Made by a program: the position numbers and the translations under genes. Source: Azonexus sp. (lineage in GTDB: Bacteria; Pseudomonadota; Gammaproteobacteria; Burkholderiales; Rhodocyclaceae). Taken from it: a stretch of 59,442 nt of DNA. The stretch is from NCBI GenBank assembly GCA_041918795.1, contig JAYRUZ010000001.1, forward strand, positions 1 to 59,442, read 5' to 3'. Shown here one piece after another: positions 17,316 to 27,376 of the stretch. The notes beneath the pieces were generated by a model. The model was given only the letters and a program-made list of their open reading frames with translations. It did no database searches and was not told the DNA's origin. The stretch's first letter is position 1; every line of letters begins with the position of its first letter.

Positions 17316-17681
17316 TTAGTCGGGCTGATGCCCTGGCACTGCTCGCTGCGGCTGAGCCATCAATTGGCGAGTTGCCTCCTCAGACGAAATGCCCGGCCAC
17401 ACCCCAAGGACTGCCAGCTGCCAGTACAGCATCTTCGGTGCCTCATGCAGCAGCGCAGTCTCATCGCCTTCCGCTCGCTCAGGGTGGGCCAGTAGTTCCG
17501 CATAGCGCTCACTGCGCGAGCGAAGCAGCCCCTCAACCTTGCTTACCTCCGGGTGGCCTCGCAGCAAAAACGGCAGCACCGCAATCAGCGCGTGCTGAAT
17601 GCCATTGGCCCAATCGTCAACTTCATCGATTTGCTGCCGCAGCACGGCGACTTCTTGGCGCAGTAATTCGATCTCGCTCAT
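17316..17681 (-). CDS. Accessory hypothetical protein, antisense to the early operon
   Basis: 121 aa, GGGAG RBS, N-terminal coiled coil, protein-like composition. Confidence 0.65.
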   Translation of the reverse strand: MSEIELLRQEVAVLRQQIDEVDDWANGIQHALIAVLPFLLRGHPEVSKVEGLLRSRSERYAELLAHPERAEGDETALLHEAPKMLYWQLAVLGVWPGISSEEATRQLMAQPQRAVPGHQPD

Positions 17682-17790
17682 GACCTGCTCCCACTTGGTT
17701 TTGACAGCCTCAATTTAGCCAGCCGCAACGAATTTTCATATTAGCAAAACCGGAATTTTTTTGGACGCCTCACCAAAAGGACTTTTCCAA

Positions 17791-18267
17791 ATGCCCAGAA
17801 CAAATTGGAAACACCCGCCGCAAAGCCTGCAGGCCGCACTCGAAGCCTGTGTCGACTACGCGCGCTTCAAGCACAACCGCAGCATCGAAAACATCGCCGC
17901 CGACATGGGCCTTGCTAACCACTGGTCGCTCTACAAGTGGATCGAGAGCGGCCGTCTGCCGGCTGTGCTGATCCGCCCCTTCGAGCTGGCTTGCCGCTGC
18001 GACTTCGTCACGCGCTTCCTGGCACACGCCGCCCATCGTCTGATCATCGATATCCCGAGCGGAAAGATACCCGTCACCGGCGATATCCAAACGGTACAGG
18101 AAGCCAGCAACCAGGCGGTGGCCGCACTGATCGGCTTTGCCACCGGCAAGACTGGCAGCACCGTAGTGATCGATACCGTCACCGTCGCCATGGAGCAGCT
18201 GGCCTACCAGCGCGCCAACGCGGTCAAGGTCTCGCAGCCTGAGCTGGAGCTGGAGGCCGACCAATGA
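17791..18267 (+). CDS. Conserved Mu-like early regulatory protein (HTH-like)
   Basis: SIENIAADMG...LYKWIESGRLP; ends with PELEL. Confidence 0.7.
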   Translation: MPRTNWKHPPQSLQAALEACVDYARFKHNRSIENIAADMGLANHWSLYKWIESGRLPAVLIRPFELACRCDFVTRFLAHAAHRLIIDIPSGKIPVTGDIQTVQEASNQAVAALIGFATGKTGSTVVIDTVTVAMEQLAYQRANAVKVSQPELELEADQ

Positions 18268-18572
18268 GCCGCGACACCTACATCAACGGCGCCCAGCAGC
18301 GCCTGCTCAAGGCCATCGTTGTGCTGGCCGGCAATGAGTTCTCCGGCCTGGCCCCGTCCGATCTGGCCAAGGCGCTGAGCACCAGCCCCTCGAACATCAC
18401 TCGCGACCTGGCCAACCTCAAGGAGGCCGGCCTCGCCGAGCAGCTGCCGGAAAACGGCCGCTGGCGCCTCGGCCCCAAGCTGGTTCAGATCGCGCTGGCC
18501 TTCTCCGATCACCTTTCCCGTTCGCAGGGCCGCATGGCGGACCTGCAGAGCCGTTACACCCGCCAACCGTAA
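18264..18572 (+). CDS. IclR-type winged-HTH protein
   Basis: PSDLAKALSTSPSNITRDLANL...GRWRLG. Confidence 0.8.
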   Translation: MSRDTYINGAQQRLLKAIVVLAGNEFSGLAPSDLAKALSTSPSNITRDLANLKEAGLAEQLPENGRWRLGPKLVQIALAFSDHLSRSQGRMADLQSRYTRQP

Positions 18573-18584
18573 GGGAGCCTTACC

Positions 18585-19553
18585 GTGACTAACGAAACCA
18601 TCACCAAGCGCGGCCGCAAGCCTTTGCCGAGTGCTGTCGCCCCGGCGATTGAATTGAACGAAGACCAGGTGCGCGCCGACCTGCAGGCGGCCGATGCGCT
18701 GCCTGGCATGTTGGCCGCCATCGAGCAAAACGCCCAGGCCCTCGCCAAGGAACTGGCCTATGAAGGAGCTCTGACCGTCGAGTCGCTGGAAGAGGAGATC
18801 AAGTTCTACCAGCGCCGCAGCGTTGAAGCGGTGCTGGAAGTTGGTAAGCGGCTGCTGATCCTCAAGGAAGTAGCAGGCCACGGACACTTCGCGGAGCGAT
18901 TGAACGGCCTTGGCATCGGCTACGAGCTTGCAAAAAAATTCATGGGGGCAACAAAGAAATTTCAAATCGGTAGTCGACTACCGATTTTGTCTCTCCCCAA
19001 CCTCAACCAGGGAAAACTCCTCGAGCTCCTGGTCCTCGACGACGGCGAAATCGAAGCGCTGAACGCCGGCGACGAGGTACGCGGCATCCAGCTCGACGAC
19101 GTCGACTGCATGTCGGTCAGCGAACTGCGCCGCGCCCTGCGCCAGGAGAAGACAGACAAGGAAGCGCAGATCGCCAAGGCGAAGGCTGAGGTCGCTGGAC
19201 AACTGGCCGCCAAAGACAAGCTCATCGCCGAGAAGCAGATCAAGATCAACAACCAGTGCAAAGAACTGGACGATCTGGGCCGCAAGGTGCGCTTTGTGGC
19301 AACGGCCACGCCGGATGAACGCTACGAGGGTATTCGCACTGAGCTGCTCGGCTATGCAGCCGCCGTGGAAGGGCTGCTGAGCAACAAGCTAAAACCGTGC
19401 TTCGTGTCGCTCAAGGAAAATATTCACGAGAGCGGCGGTGAAGTCGACGTCTATCTGTCCAGCGCACTGGGCCAGATCGAGCGGGCGGTGCGCGAGCTGC
19501 GCGAAGAATTCGGCCTATTGCGCGCCGAAGACGTGGCCTGGGCCAACGAGTAA
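18585..19553 (+). CDS. DUF3102-like protein preceding the transposase
   Basis: EVGKRLLILKE...HGHF motif, coiled coil, position before transposase. Confidence 0.7.
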   Translation: MTNETITKRGRKPLPSAVAPAIELNEDQVRADLQAADALPGMLAAIEQNAQALAKELAYEGALTVESLEEEIKFYQRRSVEAVLEVGKRLLILKEVAGHGHFAERLNGLGIGYELAKKFMGATKKFQIGSRLPILSLPNLNQGKLLELLVLDDGEIEALNAGDEVRGIQLDDVDCMSVSELRRALRQEKTDKEAQIAKAKAEVAGQLAAKDKLIAEKQIKINNQCKELDDLGRKVRFVATATPDERYEGIRTELLGYAAAVEGLLSNKLKPCFVSLKENIHESGGEVDVYLSSALGQIERAVRELREEFGLLRAEDVAWANE

Positions 19554-21388
19554 TGGAGGCTGTCATGGCGCTGACCCCTGCCATCATCGAGGCCGTATTG
19601 GCCGCTACGCGGAAATCCATGTTCTCGCCGCATGGCGAACAGCGAGCGCCCTATCAGGCCGTCGCCGATACCTTCGGTGTCTCATATCAGACGGTGATGC
19701 GCTGGCGTAGCCAGGTAGCGACTCTGCCAGGGCGCAAGCGGCGGTCAGACCATGGCAATCGCGAGCTGTCCTATGAAGAAGCCATGGTGATCTCAGCCTT
19801 CATGGCCGAGAGCGAGCGCCGCAATGGCAAGCGCCTGGCCAGCGTTGGTCATGCGGTCACGGCGTTGCGTGCCAACGGCCTGATTCGCGCCGAGGCAATT
19901 GACCGCAAAACAGGCGAATTGCGGCCATTGTCGACCTCCGCGATTGCGCGGGCGTTGATCTCATTTGGCCTGCACCCAGATGTGCTGAACCGTCCGGCGC
20001 CTGCAATCTCGCTCGCCTCCCGGCACCCCAACCACGTCTGGCAGATCGACGCTTCGCTGTGCGTGCTCTATTACCTGAAGCGCAATCCGGACGAGCGCCG
20101 CAACGGCCTGCAGGTGATGGATCGCAAGGCGTTCTACAAGAACAAGCCGGGCAATGTCGCCAAGATCGAAAACGACCGCGTTTGGCGCTATGCCGTCACC
20201 GACCACGCCAGCGGCCATATTTATGTCGAGTATGTGCTCGGCGCCGAATCTGGCGAAAACCTCTGCACCACGTTCATCAACGCCATGTTGCCGCGCGATG
20301 GCGAGCCGGTGCACGGCGTGCCTTTCATGGCCATGCTCGACCCAGGCAGTGCCAACACGGGCGCGGTGTTCAAGAATCTATGCAAGGCGTTGCGCATCAA
20401 GGTTCAGATCAACGAACCGGGCAACCCGCGCGCCAAGGGCCAGGTTGAGAAGGCGCACGACCAGATTGAGCGCACGTTCGAATCCGGCCTTAAGTTCGTT
20501 GCGGTGCATTCGCTGGATGAATTGAATTCAGCAGCAGCCAAGTGGCGCCGTTGGTTTAACGGAAATTCGCTACACACCCGGCACGGCATGACGCGATACG
20601 CCGCCTGGATGTTGATTACCCCCGAGCAATTGCAGCTGGCGCCACCGCTTGAGGTGCTGCGCGAATTGGCGAGATCGGAGCCGGAATCACGCCTGGTCAA
20701 CAACAAGCTGCAGGTTAGCTACCGTGGGCAGAGCTACGACGTATCGAAAGTGCCGGGGGTACAGAACGGCGACAAGGTTTGGGTCTGCCGCAACCCGTGG
20801 CGACCGGAAGCGGCTCAGGTGGTCACGGTCGACCTCGAAGGGAACGATGTCTATTACGTGATCGAGCCGATCGGCAAGGGTGATTTCGGCTTCGATACCA
20901 ATGCCGTGGTTATCGGCGAAGGCTATGCCCGCCATGCCGATACGCCGGCCCAGTCGGCCGGCAAGGAAATCGAAAAACTGCTGATGGGCGCCGACACACT
21001 GAGCGAAGCCGAACTGGCGCGCAAGGAGAAGCGGCTGGCTTTCAATGGGGCCATCGATCCCTGGAAGCACATGGACCACGCCAACGAACAGGCGCCTGCT
21101 TATCTGCCGCGCCGTGGCACTGAATTGGAGACCGCCGTGCCCGGCGTGATCGCCAATCGCTCGCTCGATACGCCGCCGGCAATCGCCGTCGAGGCCCGCA
21201 CGCTCAACCTGACTCAACTGGCCAGCCGTGTCGCCGCCGCCATGCCCGGCGAATGGACGCCAGACCACTACCGCCGTCTGGCCGAGTGGTACCCGCAGGG
21301 CGCGCCGGAGAACCAGCTGGCCGCCATTGTCGATCGCATGAAGGGATTCGGGGAATCGCCACGGCTGGTTGCCGTGGGCGGTGCCTGA
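19553..21388 (+). CDS. DDE transposase (MuA-like)
   Basis: WQIDAS / MLDPGSAN / KGQVEK catalytic triad, N-terminal HTH. Confidence 0.92.
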   Translation: MEAVMALTPAIIEAVLAATRKSMFSPHGEQRAPYQAVADTFGVSYQTVMRWRSQVATLPGRKRRSDHGNRELSYEEAMVISAFMAESERRNGKRLASVGHAVTALRANGLIRAEAIDRKTGELRPLSTSAIARALISFGLHPDVLNRPAPAISLASRHPNHVWQIDASLCVLYYLKRNPDERRNGLQVMDRKAFYKNKPGNVAKIENDRVWRYAVTDHASGHIYVEYVLGAESGENLCTTFINAMLPRDGEPVHGVPFMAMLDPGSANTGAVFKNLCKALRIKVQINEPGNPRAKGQVEKAHDQIERTFESGLKFVAVHSLDELNSAAAKWRRWFNGNSLHTRHGMTRYAAWMLITPEQLQLAPPLEVLRELARSEPESRLVNNKLQVSYRGQSYDVSKVPGVQNGDKVWVCRNPWRPEAAQVVTVDLEGNDVYYVIEPIGKGDFGFDTNAVVIGEGYARHADTPAQSAGKEIEKLLMGADTLSEAELARKEKRLAFNGAIDPWKHMDHANEQAPAYLPRRGTELETAVPGVIANRSLDTPPAIAVEARTLNLTQLASRVAAAMPGEWTPDHYRRLAEWYPQGAPENQLAAIVDRMKGFGESPRLVAVGGA

Positions 21389-21497
21389 AAGGTTGCCCGG
21401 AAGGCCGTTGCAGCGGCCAACCGGGCGGATTTGAAGCAGTACTTGCCAGGAGATTTAACCATGAAATCGACCCGCAACCAAACGCCGGAGGTGCGCC

Positions 21498-22754
21498 ATG
21501 AGTGCCCAGCCGAGCGAATTTAGAGGACATCCGTACATGCCGCTCAAACTTAAAGGTGTGATGAAACGGCACGGTATCGCGGTCCGCCAACTCGCGCCAT
21601 CGATCAAGCAGGCGCGCGATATCCCGCTGAGCAGCGCCTCGCTCAGCCAGATCATCAATCACGGCTACTTCCCGCGCAATCTGCCCGAGGCAGAGATGAA
21701 GCAGCGCATCGAAGCCTCGCTGCTCAGCCGAGGCATTGATGCCGCCGAACTGGCCGATTGCTGGGAGCCCGAGGGCGACGACAAATACCGCCGCGTCATG
21801 CCGATCGGCGCCCACCTCGATAAGACCGCCGAAAACCGCACCCCGCGCCTGCATGTCGTCGAACCCGATTTCAAACCTTTGGAGAATCAGATGCTTTCCC
21901 CCCAAGCCAAGCGCCATTTCAAGCTCTTCCGCGACCCGTTCATCGATGACATCAACGGTCCGGACGACGTGTATATGAGCGAATCGCAACGGTATGTGGT
22001 GGAAGCGATGCTGCAGACGGCCATGGTCGGCGGCATCACCGCCATCATCGGCGAGTCGGGCAGCGGCAAGACCACGCTGCGCAAGCTGCTGCAGCAGCGC
22101 ATCCTGCGTGAGGGCCAGAACATCCGCCTGGTCTTCCCGCAATGCTTCGATAAGACAAAGCTCAATACCTCAGCGATCGCGCAAGCCGTGATCAACGATA
22201 TTGAGCCGGATTCCGTCGTCAAGCAGAAGCTCGAAGCCGTGGCGCGTCAGGTCAGCGAGTCGCTGCTGCGCTCCAGCCGTGCCGGCTTCAAGCATGTCCT
22301 CTTCCTGGAAGAAGCGCACGACCTATCGATCACCACGCTGAAGTACCTGAAGCGCTTCAACGAAATCGAAAGTGAGGATGGCTTCGGCAAGGTGCTGGGC
22401 ATCATCCTGATTGCCCAGCCGGAAATGCGCGTCAAGCTGGATGCCTACCGCTTTCCGATGGCCCGCGAGTTCATCAACCGCTGCGAAGTGGCCACGCTCG
22501 ATCCGCTGCACAGCCACCTGGCCGACTACATCAAGCACAAGTTCGCGCGCGCCGGTGCCAACGCTGACGACGTGCTCGCCGCCGATGCCTACGACGCGAT
22601 CCGCGTGCGCTGGACGAAGATCGACCCGAGCACCCGCGAGGCCAAGACCAACCTCTACCCGCTGATCGTGAACAACACGGTCACCCGCGCCATGAACCGC
22701 GCGGCCGAGCTGGGTATCCCGCTGGTTAGCGGAGAACTGGTCAAGGAGCTTTGA
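21498..22754 (+). CDS. Transposition AAA+ ATPase (MuB/ExeA-like) with N-terminal HTH
   Basis: Walker A GESGSGKTT, Walker B LFLEEAH; follows the transposase. Confidence 0.9.
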   Translation: MSAQPSEFRGHPYMPLKLKGVMKRHGIAVRQLAPSIKQARDIPLSSASLSQIINHGYFPRNLPEAEMKQRIEASLLSRGIDAAELADCWEPEGDDKYRRVMPIGAHLDKTAENRTPRLHVVEPDFKPLENQMLSPQAKRHFKLFRDPFIDDINGPDDVYMSESQRYVVEAMLQTAMVGGITAIIGESGSGKTTLRKLLQQRILREGQNIRLVFPQCFDKTKLNTSAIAQAVINDIEPDSVVKQKLEAVARQVSESLLRSSRAGFKHVLFLEEAHDLSITTLKYLKRFNEIESEDGFGKVLGIILIAQPEMRVKLDAYRFPMAREFINRCEVATLDPLHSHLADYIKHKFARAGANADDVLAADAYDAIRVRWTKIDPSTREAKTNLYPLIVNNTVTRAMNRAAELGIPLVSGELVKEL

Positions 22755-22755
22755 G

Positions 22756-23118
22756 ATGAGCAACCAAATCATTGCTTTCCCCGGCCAGCCAATGCCTGAA
22801 CACCTTCAGCCGGCGTTCCACGCGCCGGTCGGCGGGCCGATCCGCAAGCAGTCGCCGGGCACCTTCGAAGACTACATCCGCGATATCCGCAAGGCCGTCG
22901 AGTTTGCGCTGGCCAAGGGTTTGATGGTGATCAGTATCAACGCCGACCGCAACGGCGCCTACCTGGTCGTCGTCCCGCAGCCGACGCTCTACAAACTCTT
23001 TGGCGATGAGTGCGCCTCGGTGCAGCGCCGCACCGAGGCCGGCCTGGTCACCGAGTTGTGGCTTGGCTCGCTCGACAACGTACGCGTCTTCTGGAGGGAA
23101 GTGAAATGCGTGCACTGA
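22756..23118 (+). CDS. Phage hypothetical protein
   Basis: 120 aa, in operon. Confidence 0.7.
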   Translation: MSNQIIAFPGQPMPEHLQPAFHAPVGGPIRKQSPGTFEDYIRDIRKAVEFALAKGLMVISINADRNGAYLVVVPQPTLYKLFGDECASVQRRTEAGLVTELWLGSLDNVRVFWREVKCVH

Positions 23119-23219
23119 CTGCCCTTGGCAGCCTCGCCAGCCGCGTCTGGCTGGCCGGCAAGTACTACGTCCGCCTCGATTACTCGTGGCACCTGGCCTG
23201 GACCAAGGCCGCCCGTTAA
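23106..23219 (+). CDS. Small hypothetical protein (37 aa)
   Basis: GGAGGG RBS; fills operon gap. Confidence 0.5.
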   Translation: MRALTALGSLASRVWLAGKYYVRLDYSWHLAWTKAAR

Positions 23220-23229
23220 GGAGATTGTC

Positions 23230-23685
23230 ATGTCATCCACGCAATCCATGTATCAGGCAAACACAAAGTACCAGCAGTATCTGGCGGTTTCAGCCAAGGT
23301 TCTCGCCGCCATTGATGCGCTTGGCGAAGACGAACTCGTCACCGCCACCGATCTGGCAGAGAAACTTGGGGCCCCCGAGGAAATGGTTGAGCGTGCGCTC
23401 AACGAAGCCGCTCATTTCGATATTGCCAGCCTGCACGGCAGGCCCTGCGCCTGGTATTTCGGGCGCAGAAATGGGCTGCCGGCCCCTGATATTTCCCAAG
23501 TCGTAGAAATTCAATCGGTGCCCAACCGCCGCGCCGGCATCGTCTTCATGCATCCAGACGAAACCGAAATCGTCGTGCTCGAGAACAAGCAGATCGAGAT
23601 GAAAGACGAGTTCAACGAAATCATCGTCACGCCAGGCGTCGCCAAGAAGCTGCTGGAAGCCTTGGGTTTCATGGAGGGCTATTGA
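23230..23685 (+). CDS. Hypothetical protein with wHTH-like N-terminus
   Basis: AAGGAG RBS; TATDLAEKLGAPEEMVERAL. Confidence 0.7.
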   Translation: MSSTQSMYQANTKYQQYLAVSAKVLAAIDALGEDELVTATDLAEKLGAPEEMVERALNEAAHFDIASLHGRPCAWYFGRRNGLPAPDISQVVEIQSVPNRRAGIVFMHPDETEIVVLENKQIEMKDEFNEIIVTPGVAKKLLEALGFMEGY

Positions 23686-23686
23686 C

Positions 23687-24445
23687 ATGAAAACCATGAG
23701 CGAACGTGGCCTCAAGCCGGCCAGCGTGCTCGCCGCCAACCGGCCGCACGGCGACCGCCTGCGCTACATGGGCGGTTGCCGTTGCGACCCATGCCGGGCA
23801 GCGAACGCTGCCTATGAGCGTAGCCGCATTGAGGCGCGCAAGAATGGCGACTGGAACGGCCTCGTGCCGGCCATGGCTGCCCGCCGTCATCTCGACAAAC
23901 TGTCCAGCCAGAATGTCGGGCGGCGTTCGGTTGCTGCTGCAACCGACATCGCTGAAACCGTGCTGGTCAAGATCATGAGCGGCGAGCGCAAGAAAATCCG
24001 GGCCCGCACCGAGCGATTGATCCTTGGTGTGACTACCGATGCCGCCGCTGACCACGCCCTGGTCGACGCCGCGCCGAGCTGGAAGCTGATCCAGGAGCTG
24101 CTCGATGCCGGCTTCACCAAAACCTGCATCGCCCACTCGCTCGGCGCCAAGACCCATGCCCTGCAGCTCAGCAAGGGCCAGATCACCGTACGCCACGCCG
24201 CCGACGTGAAGCGCCTGCATCAGCGGCTGATGGCTTCGGATGAAATCCTCGTATCGGCCGAGCGCACTCGCAATCTGATCGCCCAGCTTCGGCGCGAATG
24301 GACACCGGCGGCGCGCATTGCCGAGGCACTGGGCAACGATGCCGTTCTTGAACGCGGCGAGGTGAAGATCAAATCGTTGATCCCGCGTCGCGTCGAGCGG
24401 GTCGTTGTCTCCCTTCACCAGCGCCTGATGGGAGAAGCCGCATGA
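23687..24445 (+). CDS. Putative DNA-binding protein with HG..Y..GCRCxxC motif and repeated HTH-like units
   Basis: 252 aa; Cys motif and three helix-turn-helix-like segments. Confidence 0.7.
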   Translation: MKTMSERGLKPASVLAANRPHGDRLRYMGGCRCDPCRAANAAYERSRIEARKNGDWNGLVPAMAARRHLDKLSSQNVGRRSVAAATDIAETVLVKIMSGERKKIRARTERLILGVTTDAAADHALVDAAPSWKLIQELLDAGFTKTCIAHSLGAKTHALQLSKGQITVRHAADVKRLHQRLMASDEILVSAERTRNLIAQLRREWTPAARIAEALGNDAVLERGEVKIKSLIPRRVERVVVSLHQRLMGEAA

Positions 24446-24792
24446 TCTCCCTGCTCACCCAGATCGAGGAGGCGGCGCGATGCGCCCGCCAACTCGCCAC
24501 CGAGCAAGGCGAACGCGAGGAGCGCAAACGCCTGCAGGTGCAGCGCGCCGCACTCAGCCGGCACGCCAACGGAAGCGGAAAGCACTGCGGCGTTGGCCTC
24601 AAGTCGGCCGTTCTCGAACGCTTGCCGGTCGGCGAGGAAAACGCCATCACCAGCGGTGATATCCGTGCCCTGGTATCCGACATCGCCTTCGCCCCAAGCG
24701 GCCTCTCTTCAACCCTTACCACCCTGTGCGACGCCGGCCTGATCCGCCGTGTCGGCACGGTCACCCGCTACCGCTATTACCGCCTTCCATAG
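24442..24792 (+). CDS. Hypothetical protein, C-terminal wHTH-like
   Basis: 116 aa, ATGA-coupled. Confidence 0.65.
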   Translation: MISLLTQIEEAARCARQLATEQGEREERKRLQVQRAALSRHANGSGKHCGVGLKSAVLERLPVGEENAITSGDIRALVSDIAFAPSGLSSTLTTLCDAGLIRRVGTVTRYRYYRLP

Positions 24793-24802
24793 GAGATTTC
24801 CA

Positions 24803-25393
24803 GTGATCACCATCAATATGAACACCATCCGCCAGGCCGCTCAGCGCCTGGGCACCGCCCGGCTTGAATCAACCACCCGCGCCACCGCCCTGGAGCACGA
24901 ACTGGCCGCTGCTGCTGGCCCGATCTACAAGCGCCACCGCGAGGGACTCGATACCGCAGCGGCCGAAGAAGCCGAAGCCGAGGTAGCGCTGATGATGCTG
25001 ATCAAGGCTGCGCCGCAGTTGTTCAAGAACCCGCGCTCGATCACCGTCGACGGCGTCCGCGCTGGCTACCGCAAGGAAAGTGACGGCATCGATTTCGACG
25101 ACGAAGCCGCTGTGATCGCCCGTATCCGCGCCTTTGACGATCTCTCCGATCTGGCCGGTGTGCTGATCCGCACCGAGGAGCACCTCAACCTGGCCGCCAT
25201 CGATCAACTGGATGGCAACCAGCGCAAGCAGGCCGGCATCCGCACGGTGACTGGCGTCGATCAACCCTTCATTACCTTCACCGACACCCCGGTCGAGAAG
25301 CTGGTCAAGCTGATCATCGCCGACGCCGCGCAGCGCCAGGGCGATAAGGAGCCGGCCAAGAAGAGCAAGGCGAAGCGGAAGGAGGTGGCCTAA
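24803..25393 (+). CDS. Mu Gam-like host-nuclease inhibitor family protein
   Basis: Helical N-terminus, then LFKNPRSITVDGVRAGYRK...LIRTEEHLN; AGGAG RBS. Confidence 0.65.
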   Translation: MITINMNTIRQAAQRLGTARLESTTRATALEHELAAAAGPIYKRHREGLDTAAAEEAEAEVALMMLIKAAPQLFKNPRSITVDGVRAGYRKESDGIDFDDEAAVIARIRAFDDLSDLAGVLIRTEEHLNLAAIDQLDGNQRKQAGIRTVTGVDQPFITFTDTPVEKLVKLIIADAAQRQGDKEPAKKSKAKRKEVA

Positions 25394-26299
25394 ATGTGGT
25401 TCAAAAACCTTCAAATCTACCGCCTGCCAACCCCCTGGTCGATCTCCCTCGAAGCCCTGCGTGAGCAGCTGGCGCGTGGCACCTTCGCGCCACCGGCCGG
25501 GCATGAAGCACGCTCGCGTGGCTGGGTGGCGCCGCGTGCCGATGGCGAGCTGGTCTATGCGCAAAACCGTCAGTGGCTGATCCAGTTGCGCACCGAAACG
25601 CGCCTGCTGCCGTCATCGGTGGTCAATGCCGAGGTCCGGAAGCGGGCCGATGCGCTGGCCGAGCAGCAGGGTTATGGCCCTGGCCGCCGTCAATTGCGTG
25701 AACTGCGCGAACGAGTCACAGAAGAGCTGCTGCCTCGTTCGCACCCGGTGCCATTGCACACACACGTCTGGATCGATCCGCAAGCCGGCTGGTTCATCGT
25801 CAATGCTGCTACGCCTGCCAAGGCCGAACAGGTCATCGAGCACCTGCGCTACTGCCTGGACGATTTCCCGCTCAAGTCGCTGCACACCCGGCTTTCGCCA
25901 CAAGCGGCCATGGCCGACTGGCTGGCCGGCGGCGAAGCGCCGCAGGGCTTCACCATCGACCGCGATTGCGAGCTGAAGGCTATCGGTGAGGAAAAGTCCG
26001 CCGTGCGTTACGTCCGTCATCCGCTCGGCGACACGGTCAGCGAGGAAATCAAGTCGCACCTGGCTGCCGGCCAGTTGCCGACCAAACTGGCGCTGACCTG
26101 GGACGACCGCCTCTCCTTCATCCTGACCGAGAAGCTCTCGCTGCGCCGCCTGACCTTCCTCGACCTGGTCAAGGAAGAAGCCGAGAAAAACGCCGAAAAC
26201 GCCGATGACCAGTTCGCCGCCGACTTCGCGCTGATGACCGGCGAGCTGGGCCTGTTCCTGAAGCGCCTGGTCGAGGTGCTGGGTGGGGAGGTGGCATGA
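25394..26299 (+). CDS. rdgC: Recombination-associated protein RdgC
   Basis: [11 protein letters not shown] start, [17 protein letters not shown] end; 301 aa. Confidence 0.93.
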   Translation: MWFKNLQIYRLPTPWSISLEALREQLARGTFAPPAGHEARSRGWVAPRADGELVYAQNRQWLIQLRTETRLLPSSVVNAEVRKRADALAEQQGYGPGRRQLRELRERVTEELLPRSHPVPLHTHVWIDPQAGWFIVNAATPAKAEQVIEHLRYCLDDFPLKSLHTRLSPQAAMADWLAGGEAPQGFTIDRDCELKAIGEEKSAVRYVRHPLGDTVSEEIKSHLAAGQLPTKLALTWDDRLSFILTEKLSLRRLTFLDLVKEEAEKNAENADDQFAADFALMTGELGLFLKRLVEVLGGEVA

Positions 26300-26844
26300 G
26301 ACACAGTATTCGCCCAGACATTCTCCTCGTCTCCGGAAACTACTTTGATTTCATGAGACCCGAGAACAGTAACTTTGGCATTGAAGACGTGGCGCACGCT
26401 TTATCGCACATATGCCGCTTCGCCGGTCACTCCAGGAGCTTCTATTCGGTGGCCCAGCACAGCGTGATGGTCTCTAAGATCGTGCCGCCGGCCGACGCTT
26501 TGGCCGGGCTGCTGCACGATGCGCCAGAGGCATTCATCGGCGACGTTGCACGGCCCCTGAAGCAGCTCTTGCCCGACTACAAGGAAATCGAAAAGCGCGT
26601 CGAAGCTGCGGTGCTGGCGCGCTTTGGTCTCGACTCTCTGCCGGCTTCGGTGAAGGAGGCCGACATCATCATGCTGGCGACCGAGCAGCGCGACTTGATG
26701 GCCCCGCATGATGACGAGTGGGTTGTGATCGCCAAGGTGACGCCGCTCCCGTATCGGATCAATCCAATGCCCCCGTACCAGGCAAGGATGGAGTTCCTGG
26801 ACCGCTATTTCGAACTTATTGGTAAGGGGTTGAGCGATGCCTAA
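26296..26844 (+). CDS. HD-domain nucleotide phosphohydrolase (YfdR/YfbR-like)
   Basis: [37 protein letters not shown]. Confidence 0.88.
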   Translation: MRHSIRPDILLVSGNYFDFMRPENSNFGIEDVAHALSHICRFAGHSRSFYSVAQHSVMVSKIVPPADALAGLLHDAPEAFIGDVARPLKQLLPDYKEIEKRVEAAVLARFGLDSLPASVKEADIIMLATEQRDLMAPHDDEWVVIAKVTPLPYRINPMPPYQARMEFLDRYFELIGKGLSDA

Positions 26845-27022
26845 GATCAGCATGAAGCGCCTCGCCTCCAACCAGAAACGCAGCCTGGCCAGCATCAAGA
26901 AGAAGCTGGAAGCGCTGGCTGTCGAGTGGTCCGAGGTCGATAACGGGACGATGTGGGCGCTGCAGGAAGTCGCCGACAAAGTCGAGCACGTTTCCGACGA
27001 GATGCAGGAGTTCGTCCAATGA
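26837..27022 (+). CDS. Small coiled-coil hypothetical protein
   Basis: 61 aa, overlaps both neighbours. Confidence 0.6.
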   Translation: MPKISMKRLASNQKRSLASIKKKLEALAVEWSEVDNGTMWALQEVADKVEHVSDEMQEFVQ

Positions 27023-27309
27023 GCACCTGCATCAAGGTCAATAGCAGCGGCTCCTGGGCCAACCTGGTGCCGGTCGTGGGGATATCCCGCCTGGAGTCGG
27101 CCAAGGCTGCCTGTGAGGCGCTGGCGCTGGCCAGTGTCGGCGATATCTCCTTCCGCATCGTCACTGATGGCGAAGTCGTCGAGGTCTTCCACAAGAAGCC
27201 GCGCAACGGCGAGCCGTTCGGCTGGCATGCCCCGCGCCAGGTGCGCTGCGATAACCCAATTCAATCCGGCCTGGATCGCAACACTTCCGGCGCCATCGGA
27301 CAACCCTAA
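27019..27309 (+). CDS. Hypothetical protein
   Basis: ATG 27019 with AGGAG RBS, ATGA overlap. Confidence 0.6.
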   Translation: MSTCIKVNSSGSWANLVPVVGISRLESAKAACEALALASVGDISFRIVTDGEVVEVFHKKPRNGEPFGWHAPRQVRCDNPIQSGLDRNTSGAIGQP

Positions 27310-27376
27310 CCAAAAACTCTCACTTCAAGCCCGTTAGGAGCGGGCTTGGCGAGATGGTTTTCTAACGGAGATCGAG

